NCBI GenBank assembly: GCA_035084275.1
Contig: JAYJKW010000046.1
Coordinates: forward strand, 1-64,000
Length of the DNA stretch: 64,000 nucleotides
Source of the DNA: Hydrolagus colliei
Taxonomy: Eukaryota
Reading direction: 5' to 3'
Part shown: in pieces, positions 26,063 through 38,782 of the stretch
Layout of the letters: every line of letters starts with the position of its first letter
Numbering within the stretch: the first letter of the stretch is position 1
Made by a program: the position numbers and the translations under genes
The notes under the pieces: model-generated
Databases searched by the model: none
What the model was told of the DNA's origin: nothing
What the model saw: the letters and a program-made list of their open reading frames with translations, nothing else

Positions 26063-26380
26063 CTGGGTTCCAATTGGTGATGTTCTTGATGATGAGGGTC
26101 TGGGAAGGGTCATGGGTGACTCTGCAGGAATAAACCACGTCCCACCTCCAGTCTTTGGCCGGGATGGTCAGTCGGCTGTCAGTACTGAAGTTCCCATTGT
26201 CTTTCAGCGAAGGGGAGGTCTCAATGCCGAAGGTTACGGCCTTCCCGTCCTTCAGCCAGTCAACGATGAGCTTGTCCGGTCTGAAGCCAGAGACTGAGCA
26301 GAGAAGGGTGGCCTGGTTGATGAGGGCGATGTCTTCGGGGGACGTCTGTGTGAGGAGCACAACTGGGGGCGACGGTTGAA
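26063..26380 (-). CDS. IGHM: Cluster C CH2
   Basis: As B but with S to F; 318 nt. Confidence 0.95.
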
Positions 26381-26873
26381 CTACTACAAGAACAAAATTA
26401 GATTTGTACAGATAGAGCCTTTCGTGTCTAGTAGACATCCCAAGGAGCTGAACAGTTAGGTGGGGGGGAAAGTTAGGAAGGGGGGAGAGTTAGGAGGGGA
26501 GGAGAGTTAGGAGGGCAGCAAAAGGCACGGTCGAAGAGGAAGGTATTGATACCGGCCTTGAAGGAGGAAAGGGAGGAAGCGAGTGGGAGGGTTTGCGGGA
26601 CGGAGTTTCACGGCGTGCGGGGGTGGGGTGGGGGGGGGGGGTGGCAGAGAGACACAGAGAGAGGCTGAAAGCCCGGCCACCGATGGTAGGGCGGTTAGTG
26701 TCAGTGGAGGTGGAGCAGGCCAGAGACTGCTGAGCGGAGGGGACGGGCGGGCAGATAGGGAGACAGCAGGTCGGAGAGATAAGCGGGGACAAGTCCGTGA
26801 ATGTCCACACGAGGGCAACGTTGTCGTTGTTGTTGTCTGATCGCCTCTGTATCTTTGGAAACACAAAACTAAC

Positions 26874-27182
26874 CTGGGAAACAGATGTCCCCGTCTGACC
26901 AGATGCTGCTTTTGACCTGACAACAGAGATTGAAGATGTCCACCTGAGATGCCTCGATGGTCAGCTGGCTGCTGGCTGTGTAGAAACCGTCCTTGCTTAG
27001 CACCGGGGGGTAACTCTTGACTTGGCCTTTGTTGGCGATGGGATGTCCTTTGGAGGTCCAGCTGAAAGTGGCCGGCTCGGGGGAGAAGTCGGCGGCCAGA
27101 CACCCGAACGTGAGTTGGCCTTCGAGGGGGGGCGATCCGCAGGTGGGCAAGAGGGCGTAAAGACTGGGAGCTGTAGGGGTGG
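26874..27182 (-). CDS. IGHM: Cluster C CH1
   Basis: 309 nt, open, B-like. Confidence 0.95.
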
Positions 27183-27299
27183 CTGGAAACGCGAAGAGAG
27201 CAAAGTTAGACCCCCCCAACCAGGTTTCCGCCCTTGTCCAATTGGGTCAGACGCCACAGATACACTGGACGAGACCTGCCACACGCGTCAATACACACA

Positions 27300-27690
27300 C
27301 TGGATTAGGCCATTCAGCCCCTTGAGCCTGCCCCGCCATTCAATAAGATCACGGCTGATCTTCTAATCTAACTCCCCCGACCCCCCTCCTTGTCCTGATC
27401 AACCCTTAATCACTTTATCCTCAAGAAATCTCATCAATCTCAGTCTTGAATATGTCCAGGGACTGACTGAGCATCTACAGGCCTTTGGGGTAGAGAATTC
27501 CATCCATTCACTATCCTCTTGAGTGAAGATGTTTTTCCTCAACTCAGTGTGAAAAGGCTGACCCCTCATCTTCAGACTGTGACCCTCTAGTTATGGTTTC
27601 TCCAACCAGGGGAGACAGTCTCCCACTGTCTACTGTGTCAATGCCCCTTAATAATCTGATAGGTTTCTATAAGATCACCTCTGATTCGTC
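27300..27690 (-). mobile_element. CR1 LINE 3' fragment (C)
   Basis: Orthologous intron copy. Confidence 0.72.
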
Positions 27691-29485
27691 AAACCAGGTC
27701 TCACACTCAATCACAGCCTGAACCCTGACATCTGAAACGCAAACTGTTTCCGTCCAATAACCCACAGGTTACTCAACACTCTTCTTCTCTAAGCCAGACG
27801 CTCTCTCTCCCTGTGTCCGTTTCTCTCGCTCACACTCTGTCCTTTCACGTCACAACACGGAGCCTTCAAACTGCGTTTCGCCCACAAACGTACAGTCACT
27901 ACACTTGACAGTCTATTCTGTGAAGCGCTTTGAGACACAGTCGATCGGATGTGAAAAGCCGCCACGTCTAACGCAAGGATTGTTCTCATTACTAACACCT
28001 GGATCTCTATATACAGAGTTTACGCTGTGTGTTCGATTGAAATCAGATCTGTGTGTGTTTTCTCCGCCGATCAGTTGGTGTGAAACAGGAACCAGATGAT
28101 TGTAGAGCAGCAACCGCCTCCAGTGTCTACTGTGCGCTGTGAGGAAGCCTCACTCAATTGCCGTGTAAATCAAATTGAAATGAAATTCTGAGCTCCTGAA
28201 GCTCAGTGGTTAGAGACACCCACTCGCCTCGCAATCGCGAGACCTGTGTTCGAATCCAGGCAGATCAGGTCAGGGCGAGACGTGGGGCCACGTTTGCTTG
28301 TTCCACACACACACACACAGACACACACACAAACACATATATACACACACACACAGACACCTATATTCATCCCTCCAAAAGAAACCACAATAAGAAAAAT
28401 TGTGATTTTCAATCCACAGCTGTGTGTGGGGGACGCTGCTGTGCGCAATTGGCTGCCGTGTTTCGCTCCCCCACAAATATAAAGTCACTACACTTGACAG
28501 TCTATTCTGTGAAGCGCTTTGAGACACAGTCGATAAGATGTGAAAATTATTATATTATTGTAATATCCGAGCAGTTTTAGTGACTGTATTTTCAATGACA
28601 TCCCAGCAGTGTAAACCCACTTTACTCTCAGTCTCCCCCCCACCATCCCAGTCTCCTCTCCTCTATCCCGGACGAGCCTCTTTCCTTCCTATTAAACAAC
28701 CAATTGAAATTCAGATTGGAACCGATCAGACAGCCTGCCACTCGCTCATCCCATAACATTCAGGCCCGGATTCCTAACACGCGGCAAAAGTTTCAAGCGT
28801 ATTTATACAATTCCCGACCCCATCGTACCCCCACAATCAGCAGCCGGCATCACCACGATCTGGCATCGCAGGAAGTCTGTCAGTGTGACTTCAGCTGTGC
28901 AGTCACGAACCACCGAAAATATACAAGCAATAATACTGATAATATAATTATAATGAAATAATTCATATAAATGTTAAATGTAACATGTAACATGTGACAT
29001 GTGACATGTAAAATTTTAAATTCTAAATTCTAAATTTTAAATTTGTAATGGAAAATGGAAAATGGAAAATACAAAATTAAACATTAAAAATTAAAAATTT
29101 CCATTTTTTAAATTTAAAATTCTTTTGTTTAAGTTTTAAATGCTGCATGCTACATGTTAAACGTTAAACTTCCAATTTTAAACTTTAAACTTTAAATTGT
29201 GAACATTAAATATCAAACATTAAATAATAATCATTGCATTTGACTTCGCGCTTTTCACATTTTATCAACGTCTCAAAAGCTCTGCACAGAATACACTGAA
29301 TAGACTATATATTTTGTGGGAGAGCCGAACACGGCAGCCAATTGCGCACAGCAGCTTCCCCACAAATAGCCGTGCATTGAAAATAACCAATTTTATTTCA
29401 GTGGGATTTTTTTTTTGGTACGGATTATTATTGAATGAGTGAGTGAGCGCGTTCTTTCTTTCCCTCGTTCGCAATTGTTCCTTAC

Positions 29486-29533
29486 CGTCAGTCACTGTCA
29501 GCATGGTCCCTTGTCCCCAGTAGTCAATATAGT
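29486..29533 (-). CDS. IGHJ: Cluster C JH (YIDYWGQGTMLTVTD), 23-RSS at 29534-29572
   Basis: WGQG motif; nonamer variant GCAATAACT. Confidence 0.94.
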
Positions 29534-29916
29534 CACAGTGCCTCAGTGTGTGGTCTGCTCACTGCAATAACTTGCTGTGAGGACAGGTCACACAAACAAT
29601 CTGTTATTCCAAATGGAAAATTCCCCCCAAAACAAAACGCAGGGAACCGTCTCTCTCTGTTGTTAAACGCCTGTGTCTTGCTGTGTTCCCGACAACAAAA
29701 CAGCTCCCATTGCGATTGTCGCCCATGGATTTGAGATTCAAAATACGACGTTTCATGTGTTTTTAAGTCAAATCGGCTGATAATTCCTCAGTGGTGGGTC
29801 TCCTCATACACACGTGAACTCTCCGAGCGTTAGTTGGGACCCTCACAAGCCGGCGGTGGGAGAGATTGAGAAGGTTTTGCTGATGGAGGGTTTTTGTATT
29901 GACAGTTAACGCTGTG

Positions 29917-29930
29917 ACCGTAGTTGTATA
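29917..29930 (-). other. Cluster C germline-fused D1D2 segment TATACAACTACGGT, 12/12 RSS
   Basis: D1-type 5' RSS (heptamer CATAGTG) and D2-type 3' RSS flank one 14-nt core; D1-D2 interval absent. Confidence 0.88.
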
Positions 29931-30511
29931 CATAGTGATACAGTCCCATACAAATACTGGCCTCGGTCTCTGCTCTCTCTACACTGGCTGCCAAAAGTCA
30001 CTGAAATGGGCTATTTTATTGCAGGACAGATTCTCAGATAATAATAATAATAATAATAATTCTTCTATTTGATATCGTGACTTTTCACGTCTTCCAGACT
30101 GTGTCTCAAAGCGTTTCACAGGAAATACTGGGTGGGGGGGGGGGGGGAGGGGTGGGGAACGCAATCCAACCTCAGTCCTGAAGAACCACACAGTCACTTA
30201 CCGGCTGAAATGGCGGGATATCGCAGCACAGGCAGGCAGCTCTTTCACTCACTTCCCTCCTCACTGCCCTCCTCACTTCCCTCCTCACTACCCTCCATCG
30301 AACCGCCGGTCACTGTCTCGGTTTGGGGAATGAGACGAGGAATCCATTCCAATTCGAAGCCCGTGTTTTCCCCCCCGTTCTTCCTATCTGTGCTGCAGAC
30401 ACAGTGTTGACACCATGAATCGACTTCCCCCCAGTCAGTCAGTCGAGGGTGGGACCTCTCTTCGCTTGTGTGATTATTTGTAGGAGGCCAGCCCAGGTTC
30501 CTCTCACTGTG

Positions 30512-30817
30512 AGTCTCTGGCACAGTAATATATGGCGGTGTCGTGAACTGTCTGACAGTTGATGGTCAGATCGCAAATGTTGTTGGAATTCTCTTTGGTG
30601 ACAGTGACACGGCTTTCAATGCCGGGCGCGTAATATTGGTAGCTTGAGCTATGATAGGCAAGGAGCCATTCCCAGCCTTTCCCAGGAACCTGCCTGACCC
30701 AGTGCATGTAGTAGCTGCTGAGGTCGAACCCGCTGGTTCTGCAGGTGAGTCTCACGGCCGTGCCAGGATTCCCGGTAAGAGTGGCCGGCTGTGTCAGTAC
30801 CACAGCGCCCTGGACGC
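30512..30817 (-). CDS. IGHV: Cluster C VH exon, open; 23-RSS at 30473-30511
   Basis: ..[52 protein letters not shown]. Confidence 0.95.
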
Positions 30818-31031
30818 CTGCGAGAAACGAGAAAAACGGGACCCGAGGATAATTACGGCGAGAACCGAGATCCGTGGACGCGGAGACAGAGAGAGAGACG
30901 GAGACAGAAAGAGTGAGGGCACACAGAGAGACAGAGAGAGACAGAGAAAGAGAGAAAGTCACAGAGAGAAACACGGAAGCACGGACGCAAGCGAAAACAC
31001 GGAGACTAGGGTAGGACGAACGCCGACTCAC

Positions 31032-31077
31032 ATGAGAAGAGAGCCAGCAAGAGGCTGAGAGATATCAGGGACCTCAT
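31032..31077 (-). CDS. IGHV: Cluster C leader exon
   Basis: 46 nt, ATG to GTGAGT. Confidence 0.92.
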
Positions 31078-34000
31078 GGCTTCCCAGACAAATTATCAGA
31101 GTTTGACGCCCTGTTTGTTTGAGCCACAACGGCCGAGAGACAGAGAGCTGTCGGGTGGACAGATGGGGTCTGTTGCACACTGAGCTGCTATTTAGCGAGG
31201 GGGGACGAGGCCAGGTGTCTGGGGAACGGACCAATGATGTATTAGGGCTGATTGGGGAGGAAGGGGAGGGAGGGAGGGGGTGGGGGTGGGTCAGGGAGTG
31301 AGGGGGGGCAGTGAAGGAGGCGGGGGGTGGGGGGGAGAGTCACACCTCACATTCCCTCTGACCCCCGCACTGATCGTTAATTTACCTTCTACCTGGACGG
31401 CAGCAAAGTTCATATTAATTAATACGAGTGTCAATAGTGGGAGCTTTCCGTGGCTCGGTGGTTAGAGCAGTCGCTCACTCACTCACTCGCTCTCTCTCTC
31501 TCTTGCTCTCTCTCTCTCTCTTGCTCTCTCTCTCGCTCGCTTGCCTTGCAAGCATGAGAGATCTGTGTGTTTCAAATCCAGGCAGATCAGGTCACGTCAG
31601 GGCGAAAGCTTGGGCAAGTTTCCTTACTCCACACACAAACACACACACAGACACACACACATGCCTAATAATAATGCCTCCAAAAACAAACCCACTGCAA
31701 TAAAAATAAAACAATAAAAATCAGTCATTTTCAACCCTATATATGTTTTGTGGGGAGAGCGTTTCGCTCTCCCCACAAAACATATATACAGTCTCTACAC
31801 TTGACAGTCTATTCTGTGAAGCGCTTTGAGACGTGGATAAGAGGTGATGAGCCGCGATATCAAACGCGAGGATTATTATTATGATTATTATTACAAACAT
31901 ATACTCAAACATGTATACACTATACACACAAATAAACACATACACACAGACACACTCACACACACGTCCACACACACACAGCCGCGTGTGTCCCCCTCAC
32001 AAAACCACTCCGGCTTTGATCGAACGTGAAGCGAAATTAAGCGGATTTAATTCAATTTAACTAATTTAACTTAATTTTTTAGCGCGGTTTAAACGGTAGA
32101 GACAATATATCCATGTACACACAGTCACTACACTTGACGGTCTATCCCGCGAAGCGCTTCGAGACGCCGTCGACGAGACGCGAAAACAAAACGCCGCCGT
32201 ATCCAATGCCGGGATCGGTGATTATTAACATTAATGTGATTATTAGATTTCTATATTATTCGGGGGATTATTGTTTCTCTCTGGGCCTCGTCACCGATTC
32301 GAGAGACTCGCGAGTGGACGGGAGACCATCAGGGGGTGGCTGGCGGGGAGCAGGGGGTTCGAGCGGCGGCCGCGGCTTGTCACAAGACGCAGCTGGGATT
32401 GAGCCCCCCCACCCCCCCTCCGCCTCCCCCCCACCACCGCTCCCCCCCACCACCGCACCCCCCCACCAATACGTGTGTGCGTATTTGCGTGTGTGTGTGT
32501 GTGTTGAGTGTGTGAGTGTATGTGGAGTGTGTCTTGATTGTGTGTGGAGTGTGTCTGTGCGTATGTTTGTGTTTGGGTGAGTGTGTGTGTGTGTGTTGAA
32601 AGTTTGAGCTGTTTGTTGGAGTATTTTTAACCAGTCTCCAGTGGTCGGCTTTCAGGTCAGGTCAGTATTAAGAGGCAGAGACTCTAATTCAGTGGCAGAG
32701 AGAGCAGGTGTTTCCTGTGGATAAGGAACTGAGCCCTTCTCACATCATCAGATTTGGGTCCCCAGACACATACACACAGTCACTACACTCGACGGTGTAT
32801 CCTGTGAAGCGCTTCGAGACACGGTCGATAAGACGTGAGAAGCCGCGATATCCAAACGCCAGGATTATTATTATTATTTATTATTATTATGACTCTACCG
32901 TTGAAAACTCGCGAAAAAATTAAGTTAAATTAGTTAAATTGAATTAAATCCTTGCATTTGATGTCTGTGTGTGTGTCTCTCTGTGTGTGTGTTATATGTG
33001 TGTGCGTCTGTGTCTTGTGTGTCTGTGTCTTGTGTGTGTGTGTCCTGTGTGTCTGTGTGTGCGTGTGTCTGTGTGTTTCTTGTGTGTCACACCGTGTCCG
33101 AGGTGCCAGGGCCATCACAGAGTCCCCGGGTTCATCAACTGAGGAGCCGGTTGGTTTTGGGGCCTGACACCACACTGGGCCCTTTTTCCGCGCCCTTTTT
33201 TTCCCGCCATCTCAGGGATCGTCCGGGCGGGCGGCGAGGACAGGGAATGGTTGCTGGACGATTGTTGGACGATTGTTGGTTATTGTTTGTTGCTGTTTTT
33301 GTTGCTAACATTATTGCTTTTGTTGTTTATTATTGTTTATTATTGTTGTTTGATTCCCCCCACCCCTGACCCCATCTTCTTCCCTCACTCCCTTTCCCCA
33401 CTTTCTCTCCTCCCTTTTCCCCTTCCCTCCCTCTTCCTGATCTTGCCCCCTCCCATCTTTCCCTCTCTTCCTTGCCCCCCTTTCTCCCCCCTCTTCCTCC
33501 CTAACCCTAACCCATCCCACCTTTCCCTCCCTCTCCCCCCTTACCCTCTTTTCCCCCTTCCTCCCCTGGCTCAATTTTCGCGATTGTTTGTGGGGACACT
33601 GCTGTGCGCAATTTGGCTGCCGCGTTTCGCCCACAAATATACAGTCGATTTTCCTGCCTTTCTTCCCCCTGCCTCGACCCCTCCCCTTTTGCTTCTTTAC
33701 CCCCTTTTGCCCCTAGTCCCACTTCCGTGACTGATTGTGGGACACTGCTGTGCGCAATTTGGCTGCCGCGTTTCGCCCACTAATATACAGTTACTTTTCC
33801 TACTATGCTTTATCCTGCCCTGATCCTCCCCCCACTGCTCTTGTCCTACCTGACTGTACAGCGCCTTTGGATGTCCTCTCGACGTGACAGGCACTATATA
33901 AATGTAAGTTTTGTTTGTTGTTTGTTTGTGTCTGTGTGTGTGTGGAGTAAGGAAACTTGTCCCGAGGTCTCTCCCTGACCTGACCTGCCTGGATTCGAAC

Positions 34001-34679
34001 CCAGGTCTCTCTCTCGCGGCTTGTAAGGCGAGCTAGTGCGTTGCTCTAACCCACTGAGCTGCGGGAGCTCCCAGTCAGACGTCAAGACACCCACAGAACT
34101 CGAGGCTCGAGCAACAGGAAAGAGAGGGAGTCAACAGTTCACTGAGTTCTATCGTTTATTGAGAGTTCGAGTCCGACAAGCCGACGGTGTCTGTGGCGAC
34201 AACAACGACAACAGCAACACAACCACACTGGTACAGACAGAGCCTCTCACGTCAGGGGGACGTCCCGAGGGTCTGGACAGTCAGGGCTGGGCCCTGGGGG
34301 GGGGGGGGGGGGGAGGGGTGGTGCGGGGTGAGGGCGTGGTAGATTAGGAAAGGGTGGGAGAGATAGGAGAGCAGCAGGAGGCACGGTCGATGAACACACA
34401 CGCACACACATATATACAGACACACACATATACACACATATGTACACACACACACAGAGGCTGAAATTATTAATCGTATCTTTTATTTTATTTTCCAAGT
34501 GAAATGAGTCTCTTCACCTCAGCTTCACGGACGAGCCTCGCGTGTGTATATATGTGTGTGTGTCTGTGTATATGTGTGTGTCTGTGTATATGTGTGTGCG
34601 CGTGTGTTGATCGACCGTGCCTATATACCATGCACATATACACTCGAGAGCCTCGTCCGTGAAGCTGAGGTTAAGCGAG

Positions 34680-34688
34680 TCATTTCAC
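34680..34688 (-). CDS. IGHM: Cluster D TM2 exon (VK*)
   Basis: TTTTCCAG|GTGAAATGA; an inverted degenerate copy lies at about 34459-34620. Confidence 0.88.
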   Translation of the reverse strand: MK

Positions 34689-35161
34689 CTGGAAAATAAA
34701 ATGAAAGATACGATTAATAATTTCAGCCTATGTGTGTGTGTGTGTGTGTGTGTGTCTGTCTGTGTGTGTGTGTCTGTGTGGAGTAAGGAAACTTGCCCAA
34801 AGGTTCGCCCTGACCTGACCTGCCCTGGATTCGAACACAGGTCTCTCACACTTGTAAAGCGAGTGAGTGAACGAGTTCACTCGTTTGTTCGTTCGCGAAT
34901 GAGTGGGTGGGTGGGTGGGTGGGTGAGCGAATTCACTCCTGAGTTCATTCGTGAGTTCGTTCGTTCGTTCATTCGCTCGCTCGTTCGTTCACTTGTTCAT
35001 TCGCTTGTTCGTTCGCGAATGTGTGAGTGAGTGTGTGAGCGAGCGAGCGATGGAGAGAGGGGGGGTAGGGAGGGAGTGTGTGGGAGTGAGTGAGTGAGTG
35101 AGTGAATTCACATGTTTGTTTGTTCATTCGTTCGTGAGTTCGTGAGTTGCCGTCTCCTCAC

Positions 35162-35292
35162 CTTAATCAGAGTGACGGTGGCGCTGTAGAACATACTCAG
35201 GAAGAAGAGGATGATGAAGGTGGAAGCTGTAGGCCAGAGGTGGCCACTTTCATCTGATGAGAAACCCTCCAGCGTCATCTCGGCTGAGGAAT
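35162..35292 (-). CDS. IGHM: Cluster D TM1 exon
   Basis: DSSAEMTLEGFSSDESGHLWPTASTFIILFFLSMFYSATVTLIK. Confidence 0.95.
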
Positions 35293-37528
35293 CTGTGCGG
35301 ATACAACCCGGAGATATATAATAATATTAATATTAATAACAATAATCCTGGCGTTTGATGTCGCCGCTTCTCGTGTCTCACCGGCCGCGTCTGAAAGCGC
35401 TTCCCGGGATAGACTGTCTAGTGTAGTGACTGTGTGTATATCTGTGGGGAGAGCAAAACGCGATCGGCAGCCGATTGCGCACGGCAGCGTCCCCCCCCCC
35501 CCCCCCCCCACACACACACACAGAGCCAACAGTGGGTTGAAAATGACCGATTTGTATCAAAAAGGGATTATTATTAGGTGTGAGTGTGTGTCTGTGTGTG
35601 TGAGTGTGTCTGCGTGTGTGGTGACTGTATGTGTGTGTGTGCGTGTGTGGAGTAAGGAAACTTGTCCCAAGGTCTCCCCCTGACCTGACCTGCTTGGATT
35701 CGAACCCATGTCTCTCTCTCTCTCTCTCTCTCTCACGGCTTGTAAGAGTGAGTGAGTGAGTGTCTCTAACCCGCTGTGCTACAGGACTTTGCTGCCTGTG
35801 GGTTGTGTGGCTGATTTGGGGGGTGGGGGGTGGGGGGGTGGTGAGATGATCAGACACTGTCCCTCACAGTCGAGGTGAAGTTTCGTATCTTAGGGAACAA
35901 TGACGTGGAGTTTATTGTCGAAAATCACTTCAGATTCACTTCAAATAAAACGCTGACTTTACTCTGTGTGTCTAACAGCGATGGAGGGAAAGTGGTATGT
36001 GTGTGTCTGTGTGTGTGAGGGTGTGTGAGCTTGGGTAATTGTGATTGTTAGTGTGTGTGTGAGTGACTTTGTGTTAGTGACCTTGTGTGTGAGTGTATGA
36101 GTGTGCGTGTGTGAGTTTGTGTGGGCTGGGGGATTATGATTGTGTGTGTGGGAGTGACTGTATGCATGTGTGCGTGTGTGTGCGAGCTTGGGTAATTGTG
36201 AATGTTTGTGTGTTAGAGTGTGTGAGTGACTGTGTATTCGAGTGTGTGAGTGACTGTGTGTTAGAGTGAGTGAGTGACTGTGTGAGTGAGTGACTGTGTG
36301 TGTGAGTGACTGAGTGAATGACTGTGAGTAAGTGAGTGAATGTGTGAGTGAGTGAGTGTACGAGTGTGTGTGTGTGCTGGGTGATTAGGATTGCGTGTAT
36401 AGGGGACTGGGTTATTGTGAGTAGGTGTGAGTGTGTGAGTGTGTGTGAGTGTGAAATGGTTGATAGTGTGTGTGGGTGTGTGTAGGCTTTCATAATCGCG
36501 AGTCTGTGTGTGTGTGATCCTAGCTGTGTGTGTGTGAATGTGTGTAAATCTGGATGGATAGGAGAGTATGTGTGTATTGGCCTGTGTGTGTGTGTATTAT
36601 TGTATGTGGCCCTGGTAGATGAGATTGCCTGTGAGCGTATATGTGATTGTGTGAGTGAGTGAGAGTCTGTGCGTGTGTGTGATTGTGTGTGCCTCGCTGG
36701 TCATGGGTCCACAGCAGTGTGTGTGACTGTGTGTAAGTTGAGACGGATGCGAGTGTGTGTGAGCCTGTGTGTGTGTGAGTGTATTATTGTGGGTGTGAGC
36801 CTGGGTGGGGATGTGAGTGTGTGTGAGAGTACAGGTGAGTGTGTGAATGAGTGTGATTCTCTGTGAGTGTGTGCACGCGCGTGCGTGTGTGTGTGACCCT
36901 AGCTGGGCATGCGTAAACAGTAGTGTGTGTGAATGTGTGTCAATCTGGATGGATCGGAGTGTGTTTGGGTGAACGCGTGTTTGTGTGTGTGTGTGTGTGC
37001 GCGAGTATGCGTCTGTGTGTGTGTGTCTGTGGGTGATTGTGAATCGGTGTGTTTATTTGACTATGTCCGAGTGTGGCTGAGTGTGTGTGTAAAGCTGTTT
37101 GCGTGTGGTGGGTGGGAGGGGTGGGGTGTGGGGGGGGGGAAGCTGCTGTTTCGCTCTCCCACAAATATATGTACAGTCACTACACTTTACGATATATCCT
37201 GTGAAGCGCTTTGAGACACAGTCTTGAAGACGTGAAAAGCCGCGATATCAAACGCCGGGATTATTATTATTATAATTATTACTAATTGAATGAAACATTC
37301 CCCTCTGGGACCTTGACTCAAATCTTACAATAAAAAGATGTTTTATTGGAGTTACCGGTACTTTCTTTCCATGACTTCAAATTGGTCAAGTTTAGGGAGG
37401 GGGGGAGGTGGGAAGAGAGGGAGGGGAGAGGGGAGGGGAGGGGAGGAGGTTAGGGTAAGGGTAAGGGGTAGTAGGAGAGAGTTGCCGACAAAAGGAGCAG
37501 CCAACGGATGAAGCCAATGGGAAACATG

Positions 37529-37914
37529 TCATTGGCAGCCATTGACGTTGTCCATCAGGACGAGAGAGGGATTTACGAAACAGGGTTTACCGCTGAACTT
37601 GTTGATTGATCTGGTCTTGGGCTGGTCCATGGATTCGTGTCTGACCACACAGGAGTACGTGCTCCCCTGCTCCCACTCGGAGCTCGAGATGGACAACAGA
37701 CTGTACATGGAGTGTTTGAGTCCGGTCTCGGTTCCCATGACCTCCGTGTTGGAGTAGTCGCACTCGCTCATGGCCTGGCCGTTGACCGTCCACTCCACCA
37801 GGATCTCCTTGGGGGCGAAGTCCTTCACCAGGCACGTGAGGTTGACCGATTGGTGAGAGTAGAGCTCCTCGGCCAACAGGAGGAGGAGATACACTGAAGG
37901 CTGCTCTGGGGAGA
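37529..37914 (-). CDS. IGHM: Cluster D CH4 plus secretory tail (type 2)
   Basis: VSPEQPSVY..LTCLVKDFAP..YSCVVRH..SGKPCFVNPSLVLMDNVNGCQ*. Confidence 0.93.
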
Positions 37915-38470
37915 CTGTGGGGAGAGTCGACACTCGAATCAACGGCGGCGACAAAACGGACGACGCTCGTAGAGACACTTTCACCTCAGGAGGACCTCCC
38001 ATGGCGAGGGACAGTCACTGTGTCAGATCCGAGTGATGGTAAGACGGGACATGGGGTGGGGTGAGGGTGAGGGGAGGGGAGGGGAGGGGAGGGGAGAAAT
38101 CTCTCCCCTCCCCTCCCCTCACCCTCCCAATCGGGAGTTGCCGATGGGTGCATCGAAGAGGAGAGTCTTGAGGTGGGACTCGAAGGGAAGCCAGTGAGGG
38201 AGGGAGGGGACGAGTGAGCGAGGTGGAGGGAATGTGGGTTGTGGGGAGGGAGGGAGGGAGGGAGGGTGGGAAGGAAGTGAGTGAGGGAGTGAGGGGGCGA
38301 GTGATCGAGGTGGAGGGAATGTGGGATGTAGGTAGGGAGGGAAGGAAGGGAGGGAGCTTGTGAGCGTGCGAGGGAGGGAGCGGGAGCAGGTTGGGATAAG
38401 GAGTTCCAGTTGCCAATAAGTCAAAGAAACCATTCCTTGGTCCCGAAAACCCCTGGCGTCCTTTGCTCAC

Positions 38471-38782
38471 CTTCGCTCTTGGATATCTCTGCGCGCTTGG
38501 GAGAGGCCATGGTTGGGTGGCTGGCCTGGCAGGCGTATCTCTTCCTACTAGCCCAGTCTTGGGCGGGAATATCCAACTCGCTGACCGCTCGCCGAGCCGA
38601 GCGATTCTCGTGCGTCGACTGTATGGCCGTCTGTCCTCGAGTCCAACTCACGGTGACGTCGCTGGGGGCGTTGGTCACGACGCAGGTCAGGGTGACGGTG
38701 GCCTGCGTCAGTAGCTGCCTCGCTGAGGGCGGCAGCAGAGACACGCAGACTTCTGGCACGGCAGGCGGACAATCGGGAGATC
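38471..38782 (-). CDS. IGHM: Cluster D CH3 (type 2); acceptor at 38782 or in-frame alternative at 38752
   Basis: (GSPDCPPAVP)EVCVSLLPPS..VTLTCVV..YACQASH..ISKSE; GTGAGC donor. Confidence 0.88.
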
